From positions 22,846 to 86,845 of the forward strand of contig JAQTQJ010000002.1 of the NCBI GenBank assembly GCA_028712255.1: a stretch of DNA of 64,000 nt. Direction: 5' to 3'. A model generated the notes under the pieces. It saw only the letters and a list, made by a program, of their open reading frames with translations, searched no databases and was not told the origin of the DNA. The translations under genes and the position numbers were made by a program. Each line of letters opens with the position of its first letter. Position 1 is the stretch's first letter. Positions 60,759 to 64,000 of this stretch are shown here, piece by piece. The stretch is from Candidatus Omnitrophota bacterium. GTDB lineage: Bacteria; Omnitrophota; Gorgyraeia; Gygaellales; Profunditerraquicolaceae.

Positions 60759-63500
60759 ATGCCTGGTGAAATACTAGATTTTACTAAAGAATTTTGGCAT
60801 TCGTTGCCTGTTGATGAAGCTGTTAAGCGGCTCGAAGTAGATATTTCTGTTGGTTTATCTTCGGATGAGGTTAGGAAACGCAAGGAACGCTTTGGTTTAA
60901 ATCAAATCACTCCTAAAAAAGGCATACCCCTGTGGCTGCGTTTCTTGCTGCAATTTCATCAGCCTCTCATATATATTCTTCTGGCGGCGACTGCGACCAC
61001 GCTATTCTTAAAAGAATGGGTTGATGCTTCGGTAATTTTTGGAGTCATTCTTATCAATGCCATAGTTGGTTTTCTGCAGGAAGCCAAGGCCTTAAAAGCC
61101 CTTGAAGCCCTTTCTCGCTCTATGACATCTTCTGTTTCTGTGTTAAGAGACGGTAAGGAACAGCATATTACCTCTACCGAGTTGGTTCCTGGGGATGTGG
61201 TTATGATTGCTTCCGGTGATAAAATTAGCGCAGATATGCGTCTTATTTATAGTAGGGATATGCAAGTTAATGAATCGCCTCTCACAGGTGAGTCTATTCC
61301 GGTTGAGAAGCAAATCGATTCCCTCGATGTTAAAACCGTTTTGGCAGATAGATTAAATATGCTTTATGCCTCTACTTTTGTTACCTATGGCCGGGGTAAG
61401 GCCATTGTTACCGCCACAGGAGATGCCACCGAGGTCGGGCGAATCTCAGAGTTGATTACTGCGGCTGAAGATTTAGAAACTCCTCTTACAATTAAAATAG
61501 CCCACTTTAGCCGTTACCTCTTATTTGTTATCATGGGGTTGGCAGCATTTACTTTTGTTGTGGGTGTGCTTCGGGGCAAATCATCTGCGGAAATGTTTAT
61601 GGCTGCGATTGCACTTGCGGTAGGGGCGATTCCTGAGGGACTGCCTGCGGCGGTAACGATAACGCTCGCGATAGGCGTGGCAAGAATGGCTAAGCGCCGT
61701 GCCATTATTCGTAAGCTGCCAGCAGTGGAGACGCTCGGTAGTACCGGCGTTATTTGTTCTGATAAAACCGGAACGCTTACCGAGAATCAAATGACCGTGC
61801 AGGAGATTTTTAGCGCAGGCCAGACATATCAGGTTTCAGGAGTGGGATATAGTTTTGAGGGCGCTATTCAAGGGCTTTCGCGAACGCCCGGAGAGAAATC
61901 TTCCGTAGCTCTTAAGGAATGCCTGGCCGCAGGTATATTGTGTAATGACAGCAGAATTGTGGATAAGAAAGGGGTGTTTCAGGTTGAGGGTGACCCGACA
62001 GAAGCGGCGCTTATTGTATCCGCGAGTAAAGGGAAGAGTTTATTTCCCGAGGGTATGCCTGCGTTGCCGCGCAAAGATTCTATTCCGTTTGAATCGGAAT
62101 ATCAATACATGGCGACATTTCATATTTTACCCAACGGGGACGGAGTTGTTTATTTAAAAGGTTCAGTAGAAAAGATTTTAGCCAAATGCGCTAATCATCT
62201 CGATGAAAATGGCGATATCCGTCCTTTGAAACGTGCCCTAGTTGAGCATCAGATTGAACTTATGGCGGCAAGAGGGCTAAGAGTGCTTGCCTTTGCCCGT
62301 GGCAGTATTTCTTCGCAGAAAGATAGGATTGATCATGGCGATATTACTGAGTCTCTAACCTTTTTAGGGCTACAGGGAATGATAGATCCTCCGCGCAAAG
62401 AAGCGATTGAGGCTGTGCGGCGTTGTCATTCCGCAGGAATTCTTGTGAAGATGATAACTGGAGATCATGCGCTAACGGCTAAAGCCATTGCTGAGCAATT
62501 AAACCTAAAAAGTCGTCTTGGCGAGGAAGGGTCAATTAAAGGTCTAGTGGCGTTGAGCGGAAGCGAACTTGAAAATATGAACGATGAGGAATTACAGGAA
62601 TCTGTTGATCGGGTCAGTGTTTTTGCCCGCGTGACTCCGGAACAGAAGCTGCGGCTTGTTAAAGCGATCCAAACAAGAGGTTATATTGTAGCTATGACCG
62701 GAGACGGCGTCAATGATGCCCCGGCTCTTAAACAAGCTAATATAGGCGTTGCTATGGGGCGTACAGGCACAGAGGTTGCCAAAGAAGCTGCGGATATGGT
62801 TTTAACCGATGATAATTTTGCTTCAATTGAGGCTGCGGTCGAGGAGGGACGGTGCGTTTTTGATAACCTAAGAAAATTCATTGTCTGGACATTGCCGACA
62901 AACTTAGGCGAAGCCCTTGCTATCATGGTTGCCATTTTTGCAGGTATTGTGCTTCCCGTTGCGCCGGTTCAATTACTTTGGATAAATATGACTACCGCTC
63001 TATGTTTGGGTATGATGTTAGCTTTTGAGTCTAAGGAACCCGATTTGATGCAACGGCCTCCCCGTGATCCTAAAATGCCGATTATGACAGGAGAGCTTAT
63101 CTCTCGGACAATTTCGGTAGGCGTACTTTTAGCTCTTGGGGTTTTTGGGCTCTTTTTCTATGAAAGAAATAACAGACTAAGCATTGCGGAGGCGCGAACT
63201 GCGGCTGTCGGCGTGTTGGTCATGGGCGAGCTTTTCTATCTTCTTAATTGCCGTTCCTTGTCGAAGTCAATATTCGCTTTGGGGGTATTTTCGAACCGTT
63301 GGTTGATTTCCGGGGTCTTAATCATGATAGGTTTACAGATGCTTTTTACCTATACTCCCGCTATGAATCGTTTTTTCCATAGCGCGCCGATTTCATTTGA
63401 TGCTTGGGTGCGGATTTTCTTGATAGGCTTGTCGATTTACGGTATTATAGAAGTGGAAAAGTGGGGCCGCAGGTGGTTCTTAAATCGAAAACGGCCATGA
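60759..63500 (+). CDS. P-type (P2, Ca2+/cation-transporting) ATPase
   Basis: Phosphorylation motif CSDKTGTLTEN, MITGDH, GDGVNDAPALKQANIGVAMG, and 10-TM topology. Confidence 0.9.
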   Translation: MPGEILDFTKEFWHSLPVDEAVKRLEVDISVGLSSDEVRKRKERFGLNQITPKKGIPLWLRFLLQFHQPLIYILLAATATTLFLKEWVDASVIFGVILINAIVGFLQEAKALKALEALSRSMTSSVSVLRDGKEQHITSTELVPGDVVMIASGDKISADMRLIYSRDMQVNESPLTGESIPVEKQIDSLDVKTVLADRLNMLYASTFVTYGRGKAIVTATGDATEVGRISELITAAEDLETPLTIKIAHFSRYLLFVIMGLAAFTFVVGVLRGKSSAEMFMAAIALAVGAIPEGLPAAVTITLAIGVARMAKRRAIIRKLPAVETLGSTGVICSDKTGTLTENQMTVQEIFSAGQTYQVSGVGYSFEGAIQGLSRTPGEKSSVALKECLAAGILCNDSRIVDKKGVFQVEGDPTEAALIVSASKGKSLFPEGMPALPRKDSIPFESEYQYMATFHILPNGDGVVYLKGSVEKILAKCANHLDENGDIRPLKRALVEHQIELMAARGLRVLAFARGSISSQKDRIDHGDITESLTFLGLQGMIDPPRKEAIEAVRRCHSAGILVKMITGDHALTAKAIAEQLNLKSRLGEEGSIKGLVALSGSELENMNDEELQESVDRVSVFARVTPEQKLRLVKAIQTRGYIVAMTGDGVNDAPALKQANIGVAMGRTGTEVAKEAADMVLTDDNFASIEAAVEEGRCVFDNLRKFIVWTLPTNLGEALAIMVAIFAGIVLPVAPVQLLWINMTTALCLGMMLAFESKEPDLMQRPPRDPKMPIMTGELISRTISVGVLLALGVFGLFFYERNNRLSIAEARTAAVGVLVMGELFYLLNCRSLSKSIFALGVFSNRWLISGVLIMIGLQMLFTYTPAMNRFFHSAPISFDAWVRIFLIGLSIYGIIEVEKWGRRWFLNRKRP

Positions 63501-63525
63501 TTGGGCAAGAATTATAATTATCCTT

Positions 63526-63561
63526 GACAATGGACTTAATAATTGTAAGATAGTTGCATAT
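63526..63561 (+). promoter_or_regulatory. Sigma-70-type promoter (TTGACA, 16 nt, TAAGAT) ahead of a structured leader/possible small RNA
   Basis: ttgacaatggacttaataattgtaagat. Followed by three hairpins and a T-run before the hflK RBS. Confidence 0.3.
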
Positions 63562-63700
63562 AGCTAAGATTTTATAGTCTCATAAAAATGGGTTCAGGAG
63601 TATCTTCCTGAAGGTTTAGATGGTCGGGCCGCCATCTGCGATTATCGCAGGTGTCGGTTTTTTATTTTTTAGCGTTTAAGTTAAAAGAAAGGAGTCTTTT

Positions 63701-64000
63701 ATGGATTGGCAGAATATTCCTAATCCGGATGATATAATTGATATAGGCAAAAAGAAGTTTCTTAATTATGGTAAATATATCCCTTGGATAGTATTAGGCC
63801 TGATTCTTATTGTGGGGCTAAAAGGTGTAATCTATTCAATAGGCCCGGATGAGGTAGGCGTAATCCAGAGGTTCGGTAAATATCTTGGTTTAAGCTCGCC
63901 AGGGCTGCATACGAAGATTCCTTTTGGAATTGACAAAGTAACTCCTATCAAGGTAGAAAAGATTTTTAAAGAAGAATTTGGGGTTAGAAACATAAACACA
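63701..64000 (+). CDS. hflK: SPFH/band-7 protein (HflK-like), 5' partial at window edge
   Basis: N-terminal TM then SPFH signature …GPDEVGVIQRFGKYLG…PGLHTKIPFGID. ATG behind an aaaggag RBS. Continues beyond the window. Confidence 0.75.
   Translation, partial: MDWQNIPNPDDIIDIGKKKFLNYGKYIPWIVLGLILIVGLKGVIYSIGPDEVGVIQRFGKYLGLSSPGLHTKIPFGIDKVTPIKVEKIFKEEFGVRNINT

Overview
This 64-kb window is low-GC, gene-dense bacterial chromosome, mostly plus-strand. The content points to a diderm host, probably uncultured: LptF/LptG, TolQ/ExbD, SmpB followed by tmRNA. The first ~30 kb is housekeeping: ispF-cysE-cysS, tmk-holB-ricT-metG-tatD, mtnA, thiL-tsaE-tsaB-alr, lptFG (minus), comF, pyrE, a Maf-M48 fusion, smpB-ssrA, amiC-murI, queDCEF, class I fumarase alpha/beta, rph-rdgB. 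Accessory regions sit on top of this core.

The most unusual structure is a tRNA hotspot at about 30.66-33.75 kb. It contains a tRNA gene split by a GIY-YIG endonuclease ORF and an intact tRNA-Pro, tandem 127-bp tRNA-derived repeats that each carry an identical 50-nt double-hairpin insert at tRNA position 26/27, and a tRNA interrupted by a ~207-nt group I intron. It also holds a degenerate tRNA-His 5' fragment, an HNH endonuclease gene, an intact tRNA-His (G-1 and CCA encoded) and a truncated serine recombinase remnant on the minus strand. A third small endonuclease ORF (DUF559) lies between cysS and tmk inside 37-bp GC-rich inverted repeats.

Other accessory content:
- A thiol-redox/arsenic island: DUF134 regulator, DUF318/ArsP-like permease, CDF, thioredoxins, DGC protein, CcdA, ACR3, ArsC.
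- An 8.9-kb carotenoid/sulfur block (CrtI, IspH, CrtB, split lycopene cyclase, MBL-rhodanese, HTH-nucleotidyltransferase with a decayed HEPN partner), bracketed by two paralogous sigma-70 region-2-only genes.
- A lipid-synthesis cluster built around an acyl-CoA-ligase/ACP/PlsC triple fusion.
- A short pyruvate kinase lacking the C domain, next to local gene-end duplications around a tolQ-exbD-DUF502 cassette.

Two intergenic repeat families recur across the window: a nested-palindrome element in three copies around mtnA, and a GGGGACGGTTCT/AGAACCGTCCCC hairpin used as a terminator at three loci.

All calls come from reading the sequence and the ORF translations; no database search was possible.
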